Positions 8,749 to 17,807 of a stretch of DNA of 64,000 nt are shown in pieces. The notes under the pieces are model-generated. The model had not been told where the DNA came from and did no database searches. It was given only the letters and a program-made list of their open reading frames with translations. Position 1 is the stretch's first letter. Every line of letters begins with the position of its first letter. The DNA is taken from sequence record PV593634.1, one strand, 5' to 3'. Both the position numbers and the translations under genes were made by a program.

Positions 8749-8776
8749 TCCATTAATAAGCTACGGAGATTTTACA

Positions 8777-9337
8777 ATGTTAAACACTACTGAATCCTTG
8801 ATCCCTTCAGAAGACATGGTTACCTATAAGTTCAAAGTTCCTGGTCTGGCTGATCTGTTTGAAATGTTCTCCCCACGTCAGTCACATATCGCTCTGGAAG
8901 GCGCTCTGAACGTTATCTTCGGTCGTACCAATGCTGCGCTGCCAGTTGGTGCTCAAGTTGACGGGGACGAGTCTGAGGCTGCCCCTACAGCTGAAGATGA
9001 TGCTCTTGATCATGAGACCCAGATCGTTCAAGATGTGACCTACGCCCTGTACACCCACCAAATGGCTGACAACGCTGGAGCAGCTGCCGGTGAAGGTATT
9101 ACCACCATGTGGGTTATTCCCGAGAACTATGAGAACGAACTGGAATACCAGATGCTGGAAACTTCTTTCCGTACCATCTTCACCAAACTGTCTAATGACC
9201 TGACTGCTGATAAGTTTAATCAGGACGTTATCACTTTACATGGCGAAATGGAATTCTTCAAACGTATCGAACTGTTCAGTTATAACTATAACGTTGAACA
9301 TGAACTGTTGTCTGTTACTGTTGCAACCACTAAGTAA
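8777..9337 (+). CDS. Hypothetical acidic protein
   Basis: ATG 8777 with SD GGAG (track start 8645); strong preferred-codon bias; followed by hairpin. Confidence 0.75.
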   Translation: MLNTTESLIPSEDMVTYKFKVPGLADLFEMFSPRQSHIALEGALNVIFGRTNAALPVGAQVDGDESEAAPTAEDDALDHETQIVQDVTYALYTHQMADNAGAAAGEGITTMWVIPENYENELEYQMLETSFRTIFTKLSNDLTADKFNQDVITLHGEMEFFKRIELFSYNYNVEHELLSVTVATTK

Positions 9338-9344
9338 TAAATAC

Positions 9345-9372
9345 CCCTACTACCCTTAATTGGGTAGTAGGG
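9345..9372 (+). terminator. Hairpin terminator (CCCTAC family)
   Basis: CCCTACTACCC-TTAATT-GGGTAGTAGGG-TTTT. Confidence 0.8.
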
Positions 9373-9416
9373 TTTTAACCATTCCTATTTTTAATAAACT
9401 TACTAGGTGGCTTGAT

Positions 9417-9821
9417 ATGTTTAAGTACAATAAACCAGCACATAACGAAGCAGAAAGATCTTTCAGAGAACTTCTCACTCTTCCATGTATGAAAGACGTT
9501 AAAAAGGATTTGATACATAACCTGAAGAATATGTGTGAACATTCCAATACCGGTAACATATTTGCTAACTACTGCATCAAAGGAACTAGCAAAGTTAAAC
9601 TGGCTAGACGGGCGGTGGGGTCTAATCGGTTTGATGCTCTGCGCATCGAATTAGATACTAATCGAAAAGGCACACGTAAAGCATTCTTAATGTTAGCTGC
9701 GGATAAAGACCTTGATGGATTCCCTATAGAAATACATGTTCATTTCTGGGGTGGTATTAAGTCGGTCTACACTGTACCTAACGACAAATTAAGAGAATCT
9801 CTTATTATTGCTTTAGGTTAA
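9417..9821 (+). CDS. Hypothetical protein
   Basis: ATG 9417 after AGGTGG (track start 9360); flanked by two near-identical hairpins. Confidence 0.65.
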   Translation: MFKYNKPAHNEAERSFRELLTLPCMKDVKKDLIHNLKNMCEHSNTGNIFANYCIKGTSKVKLARRAVGSNRFDALRIELDTNRKGTRKAFLMLAADKDLDGFPIEIHVHFWGGIKSVYTVPNDKLRESLIIALG

Positions 9822-9830
9822 ATGTTAGAT

Positions 9831-9857
9831 CCCTACTACCCGTAATGGGTAGTAGGG
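9831..9857 (+). terminator. Hairpin terminator (CCCTAC family), same stem as 9345
   Basis: CCCTACTACCC-GTAAT-GGGTAGTAGGG-TTTTACTATG. Confidence 0.8.
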
Positions 9858-10075
9858 TTTTACTATGTTTTATTTATTTTCTTATTGCTTATCTTATTAT
9901 CTGTTACGGGGGAAGGGGGTTAAATCCCGGAGGGAAATTACTTATAAATATAACGGAGTGATAACGACATCTCTATTAGTTATTAGTCAGTTAGATTGTA
10001 TGTATTACAAGCTTTAATAGATACTTAGGAAAAGTATTTAATTGATCAATTAAACATTTAAACAAGGTAAATCAA

Positions 10076-10873
10076 ATGTCTTATTCTGACATCAATCACG
10101 CTTTAAATATGCTTGCTGGGTTAGAAGCGTTCTCTAATGGTTCCACTCGTTCTCCTGATGCTGTGTATGCCGCTACTGTGCTTAAGCTACATGCTCTCGA
10201 TGCAGGACATGTTGAAGGTACCGAAGGTTTCATGGACGCTGTTAAGAAGGGCGCTAAGAACGTTAAGGATTGGATCGTAGCTTTGATTAAGGCAATCAAG
10301 GAATACCTGACTAGTACTGATCGTAAGGTAGCCGAAACTCGTAAGAAAGTTTCTGACTTAGGTAAACAGATTGACACCGCTCATAAAGCGGCTAAAGCTG
10401 AAAAGAAAGAAGGTGGCGACCACGCTGCTGGTTGGAAAACTGATCCCAAGCTTGAACAATTCAGTAAGTCTATCGAAAGCATTATCAGTGACCTGGAAGG
10501 TATTGACGGTTCTAAAGCACAGCCTGTTGAGTTTACTGCCGATACATCTAAAGCCATTACTGAGCTGAAAGTGTTGCTTAAAGCTTCCGGTGAAGAAAAG
10601 TCTGATCCTTACGCATTCGCTGAAAAGATCTGCGATATCATTAAAACTATCGACGCTCAGTACACCTCTTTCTGCGCTGCTCTGAAGAAATGGGGTGATG
10701 GTAAAGATGAAAAGGAATTGGGTTCTATCAAGATGGGTCCTGATTTCCACAAAATCTCCAGTGAGTTACATGACGCTAGCCGTCGTCTGACTAAGATGTC
10801 AGAAGAAATGGTTAAACGTTGTTCTGCTGAATTGGCAGCGACTACTGGTAAGACCGAGAAGGAAGAAGAATAA
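10076..10873 (+). CDS. Putative internal head protein, paralog family (copy 1)
   Basis: N-terminal ~75 aa clearly homologous to 10873 and 18422 genes; GLEAF and GTEGF maturation-like motifs. Confidence 0.75.
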   Translation: MSYSDINHALNMLAGLEAFSNGSTRSPDAVYAATVLKLHALDAGHVEGTEGFMDAVKKGAKNVKDWIVALIKAIKEYLTSTDRKVAETRKKVSDLGKQIDTAHKAAKAEKKEGGDHAAGWKTDPKLEQFSKSIESIISDLEGIDGSKAQPVEFTADTSKAITELKVLLKASGEEKSDPYAFAEKICDIIKTIDAQYTSFCAALKKWGDGKDEKELGSIKMGPDFHKISSELHDASRRLTKMSEEMVKRCSAELAATTGKTEKEEE

Positions 10874-11652
10874 TGTCGTACTCTGATGTTGAACACTACG
10901 CAACCATTATCTCTGGATGTGAAGATCTGACATCCGGTAACGTTAAATCTCCAGATGCTGTCTATGCATTTACTGTGTTGCAATTGCACGCTGGTGATGC
11001 CGGTCTGGTAGCTGGGCAAGAAGGCTTTATGGATTCCATTAAAGCTGGTGCTAAGAATGTAAAGGAATGGATTAAGAAATTGATTCAGGCCATCCGTGAT
11101 TACTTCAAATCTAAAGAAGGTAAAGGTTCTGCTGAGCAGGTTGCTATCATTAAGAAAGTGGCCGAAGCTAAAGAAACCAAACCTACCGAAGATAAAGGTG
11201 ATACCAAAGGTGGTGAACCTAAACCAGCTGGTGAAACTAAACAGGATATGTTTAAAGCTGGATGGAAATACTTCTCCTCAGCATTCAGTCAGATTAACAT
11301 CAAACTGGGTAACTTCCCTAATGTTGGTGATGAGCTGCAGGGCATTCCTAATCCAGATGCTTTCATTAGCGAAATCGAAGACCTGAAGGAAAAGGCAGAT
11401 AACAACCCAGGTAACACAGATGGTGTTGGCGAAATCATTGACACACAGAACGCACTGAAAGCAGCCTCTGAGAAGATCACTTCTATTCTGACTGCTAAAG
11501 GTGATGCATGGCTGGCTGACGAAGCTAACAAAGATCTGGTTAAAGCTGCTGGACGTGCAAGCGTTATTTACCTTGAATGTTTCAAAGCTATTGGTAATGC
11601 ATTCGATCGTTTTGCGGCTCGCTCTGCTGAATGGCACGACAAACATAAATAA
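10873..11652 (+). CDS. Putative internal head protein, paralog family (copy 2)
   Basis: MSYSD..SPDAVYAFTVLQLHAGDAG..GQEGFMDSIKAGAKNVKEWI shared with paralogs; TAATG coupling to previous gene. Confidence 0.75.
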   Translation: MSYSDVEHYATIISGCEDLTSGNVKSPDAVYAFTVLQLHAGDAGLVAGQEGFMDSIKAGAKNVKEWIKKLIQAIRDYFKSKEGKGSAEQVAIIKKVAEAKETKPTEDKGDTKGGEPKPAGETKQDMFKAGWKYFSSAFSQINIKLGNFPNVGDELQGIPNPDAFISEIEDLKEKADNNPGNTDGVGEIIDTQNALKAASEKITSILTAKGDAWLADEANKDLVKAAGRASVIYLECFKAIGNAFDRFAARSAEWHDKHK

Positions 11653-11658
11653 CATATT

Positions 11659-11686
11659 CCCTATCCCTCCGAAAGGAGGGATAGGG
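11659..11686 (+). terminator. Hairpin terminator
   Basis: CCCTATCCCTCC-GAAA-GGAGGGATAGGG-TTT. Confidence 0.8.
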
Positions 11687-11690
11687 TTTA

Positions 11691-11724
11691 GTTGTATTTT
11701 GTTTCAAGTAGATATTATCTAAGT
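11691..11724 (+). promoter_or_regulatory. Candidate phage (early) promoter motif
   Basis: GTTGTATTTTGTTTCAAGTAGATATTATCTAAGT. Confidence 0.6.
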
Positions 11725-11764
11725 AATGTAGTTAATGTTAATTAAATTTTAGAGGAAATTAATT

Positions 11765-12385
11765 ATGGCAATTTTAGCTTTTGATATGGATAATACTTTT
11801 ACTAATACTTCCGCTAGTATTCGTGTTGAAGCTTATACTGCAGCTTATGAAGCAGGGCGTACAGATATTGTTCAGTTCTTAGTGCAAGCAAGAATGCCTG
11901 TGTGTAAGTATCCTGATTGGGTAAGTAAGTTCATATATGAGAATGTAATCATTAAACGTATTTATATGGATTTGGCTGAAGAGACTAAGTTGTTTGATGG
12001 TATTAAAGAAACCATTAAAACAGCTAAGGAATTTAGAAAGGATTTGAAAACAGTTATTTGTACACATCGTGGTAACAATACAAGCGCTTGGATGAGTAGT
12101 TATAATTGGTTAAATAAAAGGGATATGATTGAGACTGGTATGATTGATATGATTCATTCTATTAGTCATATCGAACAGAAGGATAAGATTGCTTATTTGA
12201 AAGCAATGTATCCAGGACAACCTATTTTGTTGGTTGATGATAATCCGTTAGGTTCAACAAGTACTATTCATGATCATTGTAAAGAAGTTTTGATTTATGA
12301 TGCGATTGATAAATTTGATGGTTATGTGAATCAAGATCGTTTTACTGATCATAAAGATTTGTTACAACGTGTTATTAACTTATAA
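11765..12385 (+). CDS. HAD-superfamily hydrolase, 5'(3')-deoxyribonucleotidase-like
   Basis: Motif I FDMDNT, motif II ICTHR, motif III K, motif IV LLVDDNP. Confidence 0.8.
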   Translation: MAILAFDMDNTFTNTSASIRVEAYTAAYEAGRTDIVQFLVQARMPVCKYPDWVSKFIYENVIIKRIYMDLAEETKLFDGIKETIKTAKEFRKDLKTVICTHRGNNTSAWMSSYNWLNKRDMIETGMIDMIHSISHIEQKDKIAYLKAMYPGQPILLVDDNPLGSTSTIHDHCKEVLIYDAIDKFDGYVNQDRFTDHKDLLQRVINL

Positions 12386-12395
12386 GGAATATAAA

Positions 12396-12659
12396 ATGAA
12401 ATCTTCTACTGTTATTTATGCTGTGTTCTTTGCTATTGCAATCGCTTGGATATCTTATCTGTGGACTCCTGACGATAGACCTAAAGCGTTTATTGAATCA
12501 CAAGGGTTTACTGAAGTTGAAGTTGGTACATTATCTTTCTTTGGTTGCCGTAAAGAAGTAGGTTATTCTTTTACAGCTAAGAAAGATGGTAAAGAAGTTA
12601 GTGGCGCAGTTTGTAATAGTTTCATTATCTTCGGTACTAATGTGATTCGTTTATATTAA
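12396..12659 (+). CDS. Small membrane-anchored protein
   Basis: N-terminal hydrophobic helix VIYAVFFAIAIAWISYLW; two Cys (FFGC, GAVC); SD AAGGA (track start 12369). Confidence 0.7.
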   Translation: MKSSTVIYAVFFAIAIAWISYLWTPDDRPKAFIESQGFTEVEVGTLSFFGCRKEVGYSFTAKKDGKEVSGAVCNSFIIFGTNVIRLY

Positions 12660-12666
12660 TAGAAAT

Positions 12667-12694
12667 CTCTACTATCCCATCTGGGATAGTAGAG
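12667..12694. terminator. Bidirectional hairpin terminator between convergent genes
   Basis: CTCTACTATCCC-ATCT-GGGATAGTAGAG. Confidence 0.8.
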
Positions 12695-12718
12695 TCTCTT
12701 ATGAGTTGGTTTTATTTT

Positions 12719-14020
12719 TTATCTTAAAATCTGATCAAGCGTCATGGTGATTGTTTTCAGCTGTGATACGTGCATTGCTTTCATACGTGTCAACATGAAC
12801 TGAGTAAAGATATAAACAGTCTCTGCCGATACACGTTCTTTGATAGCACCTAACTTGTCACCACAACAAACTTTACACAGGTTGTCACCTTCCTGAGTAC
12901 AGTACTGCGGAACACGCATCTGAATAACAGAACCTAACTCTGTAGCTTTGGTTACTTTCTTCAGTTCACCATCTTCTACATAGTTGCCACCAATCCAACC
13001 TTTCAAGTTGTGCTTAGTGATCTTAACTCGTTCAGTACGAGAAGAACCACAATCCTCACCACCAATGACGATACGGTTAGTTAACAGGATTGCCAACTTA
13101 ACTTCTGCACCACCTTCACCTGTAGCGTTACCACGGTCGAACGATGCAGAGATTGCAGTGTTGATGTATTCAGGATAGTGAGCTGGATCCCAGCCTTCAT
13201 CCAGTGACTTACGTAACAGGTTATATTTACCAGTGTTGAAGTCAGGTACCATATCAAAGATAATGAACATCTTCTTACGGGCGTTATCAATAAACTTACC
13301 GTTGATGAAGAAGTCTTTAGATGGACCGTTGTACTGGATCTTGGCATCCAAAGCAATTACCTGATCAATAGCCAAAGCAACAGCAGTAGGATCGCTCAAC
13401 TTACCTTCGTCTTCCAGTTCTTTTAGAAGCTTATCACGCAGAGCAATAACTTCAGGATGAACTGTCAGTACGTCGATAGAGGAAGCTTTAACAAATACCT
13501 GGTTCATCCCTTCAAGGTAATCCAGCTGCTTAGTGACTTTCAAGCAATCGTCAACAGAAGCTTTACCTTCGGGAACCTCTTCACCCGGTGCTGGGTTATC
13601 AACCATGATACCGTCAATAACACCCTGAATGGTTCCACCGGAGATCTTACCATTAATGTAGCTAGTACGAGTACCGAATGACTCAAACAACACTACGATG
13701 TTTGTCAGGAAGATCCCGATAGTGGTTTCGTGCTTACCGTTTATGAAACCATGAGCTTCAGTATCAACCGTAATCTTTTCATTCTTATCGAACAGAGGCT
13801 TTGAAAAATCGCCACCTTCGATTGTGACCTTCTCACCAGCTTCATCGTAGAAGTAGAAAGACTTAGTTTGATCATCGCGAATTGTTGCATACGGAACCGC
13901 CCTTAACATTTTGTTGTTAGCTGGAGTATCGTGTACGAAACTAAAGATCGACATCAGGAAGGACTTACGAATATAAGCCCTTTTCTGGAACGCCATAAAC
14001 AAGTAATCAAGCTTATGCAT
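12719..14020 (-). CDS. rpoC: Virion RNA polymerase beta' subunit, C-terminal part (phiKZ gp80-like)
   Basis: 433 aa; EDCGS...RVPQYC..LCKVCCG Zn motif; bridge-helix-like SFDRGNATGEGG; synteny. Confidence 0.85.
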   Translation of the reverse strand: MHKLDYLFMAFQKRAYIRKSFLMSIFSFVHDTPANNKMLRAVPYATIRDDQTKSFYFYDEAGEKVTIEGGDFSKPLFDKNEKITVDTEAHGFINGKHETTIGIFLTNIVVLFESFGTRTSYINGKISGGTIQGVIDGIMVDNPAPGEEVPEGKASVDDCLKVTKQLDYLEGMNQVFVKASSIDVLTVHPEVIALRDKLLKELEDEGKLSDPTAVALAIDQVIALDAKIQYNGPSKDFFINGKFIDNARKKMFIIFDMVPDFNTGKYNLLRKSLDEGWDPAHYPEYINTAISASFDRGNATGEGGAEVKLAILLTNRIVIGGEDCGSSRTERVKITKHNLKGWIGGNYVEDGELKKVTKATELGSVIQMRVPQYCTQEGDNLCKVCCGDKLGAIKERVSAETVYIFTQFMLTRMKAMHVSQLKTITMTLDQILR

Positions 14021-14906
14021 TTAAAGTAACCTTCTTCAGGATTTGAGAAATCTTGTATGCTTCTTCCACAGTGTTGGAGTTTTCCTCAACCAAGGAGTTG
14101 AACTGTCCTTGAATCTCAGAATCACCCATGTGAGAGATCAACATCAAAGACAACACGTTAGCTAAGTAGTTAGCCATATCGTGGTCTACGAGTTTCTGTC
14201 CCAGTTCGTTAATGAACAGGTTCATGTACGTATCGAATGACTGTCCACATCCACCACCGTTACGGATATGTAATCCAGCAAGGGTATCAAGGATAAATGG
14301 TTTGTTAGCTTTTACACGTTTAGTGACATCCGGGTCCACCCAGGTAGCATCATCTTCATCGATAATGTTTAAGCCAATCATCAGTCCACGAATAACGTTA
14401 GGGGATACTTCCTTGATATAGTAATCCATGTTTTCCATATCGTACTGAGGTTGGACCATTTTAACTACACGAATGAAACGCTCTTTAGCAGTAGCTTCTT
14501 CGTCATTTAAAGTATCCATCAAACCGATCAAATCGGTCATGCCATCAGCCATATAGATCGTGTCGAGAATGTTACACAGTTCAGGTAAAGAGTTAGGTTC
14601 AATCCAATCTTTATCTACTATGATTCCCATTATCTGCAAAGCGTCAATAATCGTATCGATAAACAAGATGCGAATATGTGCCATTAGATCTGCGGTTCCC
14701 AGAGCTTCATCGACCAACAAGTGAGTTATTGTTGAATCTATGAAAGAATCAGGGAAACTAATTGCAATTAAATTATACGCCTGGTTGTATTGTGTAGCAT
14801 GTTCAGGAGTGCATCTTGCGATAAAGTCCTGCCACATCTCACCAAGATTTTCAACGCCCAAATCTACGTTAGTAAGATCAATCATTTCTGACATAGGTTT
14901 ACCCAT
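14013..14906 (-). CDS. Conserved virion protein (phiKZ gp79-like)
   Basis: 297 aa immediately upstream of the gp80-like gene, overlapping its start; synteny only. Confidence 0.55.
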   Translation of the reverse strand: MGKPMSEMIDLTNVDLGVENLGEMWQDFIARCTPEHATQYNQAYNLIAISFPDSFIDSTITHLLVDEALGTADLMAHIRILFIDTIIDALQIMGIIVDKDWIEPNSLPELCNILDTIYMADGMTDLIGLMDTLNDEEATAKERFIRVVKMVQPQYDMENMDYYIKEVSPNVIRGLMIGLNIIDEDDATWVDPDVTKRVKANKPFILDTLAGLHIRNGGGCGQSFDTYMNLFINELGQKLVDHDMANYLANVLSLMLISHMGDSEIQGQFNSLVEENSNTVEEAYKISQILKKVTLNA

Positions 14907-14934
14907 TAATGTAATATATAAGAAGGTTCATACA

Positions 14935-15717
14935 ATGTCTAAATCAGTTCAAGCTAAAGCAAACAAACGTAATGCCCGTGCAAAAGCAAAACGTGCTTCC
15001 GTATCCAAAGGTCGTGCTGCGCCTCAAGCTATCAAACAACGTCAGATGCGTGCACTGATGGGTCAAGGTGCAAAGATCCCTGGGTTTGATGCTGCGCTTG
15101 AATCCGCCGTAATTGATATGAAGAAAGGGAAGGCTGTAGAGTCTGAGTTCAAGAACACAGCTGACATGATCGATGGTATTAAGAAAGCAGTGGGTGAAGT
15201 ATTCAAGCTGTACTGCTACGTAACTCTGGCTGACTATCTGATCAAAGCTAAGGCTATTGAACATGAACTGTCTGTACCGCTGGAAGACATCTCCCGTGTT
15301 CTGATGAACTTCGACAGCCGTATTGGTGTAATCGAATTCATGAACCAGGATCCGACCCCAGAAGACGAAATCGCGATTCAGACCGAAGCGTTTGATATCG
15401 GTACTAACCTGGCTCAGATCTCTGAAGACCTGTACCAAGAAGTTGCACGTCTGGAAACCTTTGGTCCTCTGATGGAAGAAACCATTGGTCGTCTGGCTAA
15501 CGAAGTTCCTGCCGAGGTAACTGACTCTGGCGCTCGTTATACTCAAGCTCTGCAAGCAGTTGCTTACGACTACCTGCACCGTCTGACCCTGGCTGATCAC
15601 GAACAAGCTCAGGCTACTTCTGACGGTACTGAATCAGAGAAAGAGAAAGAAGTAGAGCATCTCGAAGTTCTCGATATGATGTCCCGTGAATCTGCCGAAG
15701 GCGAAATTGCTGAATAA
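14935..15717 (+). CDS. Hypothetical protein with very basic N-terminus and acidic C-terminus
   Basis: ATG 14935 with SD AAGGT (track start 14740 overlaps the opposite gene); strong codon bias. Confidence 0.8.
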   Translation: MSKSVQAKANKRNARAKAKRASVSKGRAAPQAIKQRQMRALMGQGAKIPGFDAALESAVIDMKKGKAVESEFKNTADMIDGIKKAVGEVFKLYCYVTLADYLIKAKAIEHELSVPLEDISRVLMNFDSRIGVIEFMNQDPTPEDEIAIQTEAFDIGTNLAQISEDLYQEVARLETFGPLMEETIGRLANEVPAEVTDSGARYTQALQAVAYDYLHRLTLADHEQAQATSDGTESEKEKEVEHLEVLDMMSRESAEGEIAE

Positions 15718-15750
15718 TCCCCCTCCACTCCTAATTAGGAAAAATGTATC

Positions 15751-17358
15751 ATGTCTGAAGAAAACAAAGACGTAATGCAGGAGCTTAATAAAGAGGCGGC
15801 AATCGTCGCCCTTACTAATGCTCTTGTAGGACCTGCTCTGGAAGATGATCCGGCACAGCCTCTGTTCCTTGGAACTCTTTCCGAAGAACATAAAGCGATC
15901 TACAAAACATCAGTAACTCTGATGGCGTGGCGTCGCGCAGAACAGGAAGGTAAAGAACGTGACGCTAACGTACTGAAAGATCAGTATGATGCACTGCGTG
16001 AAGAACACTTCCCTGGTGTGGAAAACACCATCTTAACCAACATGTTGGTTAACTACTTCCGTTTCTATTTTAACGGTCTGGATCGTGGTCTGGTTCGTTC
16101 TACAACTAACGACGTAGTGCGTGGTCGTAAAGTTGTTAACACCTTACCTACTAAGTCAGGCGTCCGTATTGGTTTGATTTCCAAGAACACCGCATCAGTT
16201 AAATCTGATATGAGCGTTCGTGACCGTATGCGTCGTAACTTCCTGAAAGCAACGGGTGCACCGGATACCTTTAACGTTATCCTGGCTAACTCCCTGATCT
16301 TCCTGCGTGTCAAGATTCCTACCCCTCTTGACCTGGTACGTTTGATTAACGACATCGTTGTTCAGCTTCGTAACTATGGACAGCGTTTCAACCAATCAAC
16401 TATCCACCTGGAACGTGCTGGTATTAGTCGACTGATTGTTGACTTTATCCTGGACCGTACTTCTTACCATTCGGTTAAAGGTATTGGTGATCCTGCTGAA
16501 CTGAAGAACTTGATCCTGTCTAACGATGTTAACCATCTGGCACAGGGTCTCCTGGCTATCGGTTCACCTAAGGGTGTAACATTCCGCATGAGTTGCCTGG
16601 CTCACAAATGTGGTTGGACTGAAAACCAGGTTATCGATCCTGCTGCGATGCTTCTGTACGTTGAAGAAGATCAACCAGAAGAACGTCGTCAACTACTGTA
16701 TCGTCTGGTTAACGAAGGTCTCAAACTGTCTCCTGAAGATCTGGCTAAAGTTCCGCCGGTATATAAAGGAACGGATGGCGAACCTCTCAATACCAAGATT
16801 GAGTTCCCTCAAGGTGGTGGTCGTTTGATCATTCAAGTTCCTTATATGAATGATTACTTCAACTGCTATGATGACATGGCTGCTCGCATTAACCCTGAGC
16901 TTCGTGAGCTGGCTGTCAAGTTCCCTAATGCTAAGACCCTGGAAGAGAAACGCAAAGAGTTCTATGCTCAGATGCGTGGTCACGAATATCTCCAGTGGTT
17001 CAGTGCTTACGAAATTGACCCAGCTCCTGGTGAAGAAGGCGAGAAAGAAGTCATCTACCGTGATGAAGATCCGAAAGGGTTTGATGAAGGTCTGATGGAT
17101 ATCTTTAACAATGACGAAGAACTCTACATCGAAGCGCTGCAAAAGGTTATTACCATTGCACCTCGTATGACTTACACCTTCGTTGGTATTTGTGAAGATA
17201 CCTGTCCTAAGTGTAAACAGAAATCAGACGGTCCTCTGGCTGAACATCTGCACAACTTCACACCTATCGACCCAGTGATGAATTTTTTCGACCATACCCG
17301 AATGATTATCGACCTCAGAACAGCACAACAGAGTTTACAAGAGGAAGCTCTTTCTTAA
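15751..17358 (+). CDS. Putative tail/baseplate assembly chaperone (G-like; T4 gp26-like Zn-finger type)
   Basis: 535 aa; two Cys pairs (CLAHKC, CPKC); -1 slippery heptamer near the 3' end; function inferred. Confidence 0.55.
   Translation: MSEENKDVMQELNKEAAIVALTNALVGPALEDDPAQPLFLGTLSEEHKAIYKTSVTLMAWRRAEQEGKERDANVLKDQYDALREEHFPGVENTILTNMLVNYFRFYFNGLDRGLVRSTTNDVVRGRKVVNTLPTKSGVRIGLISKNTASVKSDMSVRDRMRRNFLKATGAPDTFNVILANSLIFLRVKIPTPLDLVRLINDIVVQLRNYGQRFNQSTIHLERAGISRLIVDFILDRTSYHSVKGIGDPAELKNLILSNDVNHLAQGLLAIGSPKGVTFRMSCLAHKCGWTENQVIDPAAMLLYVEEDQPEERRQLLYRLVNEGLKLSPEDLAKVPPVYKGTDGEPLNTKIEFPQGGGRLIIQVPYMNDYFNCYDDMAARINPELRELAVKFPNAKTLEEKRKEFYAQMRGHEYLQWFSAYEIDPAPGEEGEKEVIYRDEDPKGFDEGLMDIFNNDEELYIEALQKVITIAPRMTYTFVGICEDTCPKCKQKSDGPLAEHLHNFTPIDPVMNFFDHTRMIIDLRTAQQSLQEEALS
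17283..17289 (+). other. Putative programmed -1 ribosomal frameshift site T TTT TTC
   Basis: In-frame codons AAT TTT TTC give X XXY YYZ; -1 frame is open from 17244 to stop at 17807 (checked codon by codon). Confidence 0.7.
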
Positions 17359-17399
17359 CGGAAGATCATAATCTTAATAAACGCTCTGTTGAGCGAGCT

Positions 17400-17807
17400 A
17401 TGGAAATGTTCATAGCTGAGGCCCAAGAGAAAGACCCATTGAAGATAGCGGTGCTTGAGCGCCGCTTATTCATGATCAAATACGGTTACGTAGGCGATAA
17501 GGAATTACTCACAGGCCAACTGAAGTTCAATACCAATACCAGGGAGTTCTTTCATCCCTGGTCCATTAGGGCCATGGGTAAGACATTCGGGGCCCGTGAA
17601 TATGGCCGCTTCATGCCGATGATAGACTATTTCAACTTCCCAGTGGATCTTATAGAGGATCTCCTCGAAGGCGTTGTGGAAGGTGAACAGGAAGCTATCA
17701 AGGCCAAACAAAAAGCCGCACAACAAGCAGCCGCTGCAGCAGGTGGGAACCAAGATCCACATAAAGCAGCGCTGGCATTGGCTCAACGTGAACAAGGTAA
17801 GAAATAA
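17400..17807 (+). CDS. T-like C-terminal domain of putative chaperone fusion (reachable by -1 frameshift from 17289)
   Basis: -1 frame relative to 15751 gene; no clear SD before ATG 17400; W..M...Y.NFP..L..LL..E pattern recalls gpT/gp51-type domains. Confidence 0.65.
   Translation: MEMFIAEAQEKDPLKIAVLERRLFMIKYGYVGDKELLTGQLKFNTNTREFFHPWSIRAMGKTFGAREYGRFMPMIDYFNFPVDLIEDLLEGVVEGEQEAIKAKQKAAQQAAAAAGGNQDPHKAALALAQREQGKK

Noticed and set aside
9345-9857. Two near-identical hairpins flanking one gene, read as IS/MITE ends or CRISPR repeats
   Set aside because: Same hairpin family occurs at gene ends across the window; no transposase, target duplication or regular spacers
14740-14934. Track's 65-aa N-terminal extension of the 14935 gene
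   Set aside because: Overlaps the opposite-strand gene; good SD and ATG at 14935
17382-17395. Small hairpin CGCTC-TGTT-GAGCG as frameshift stimulator
   Set aside because: About 90 nt downstream of the slippery site, too far for the usual 5-9 nt spacing
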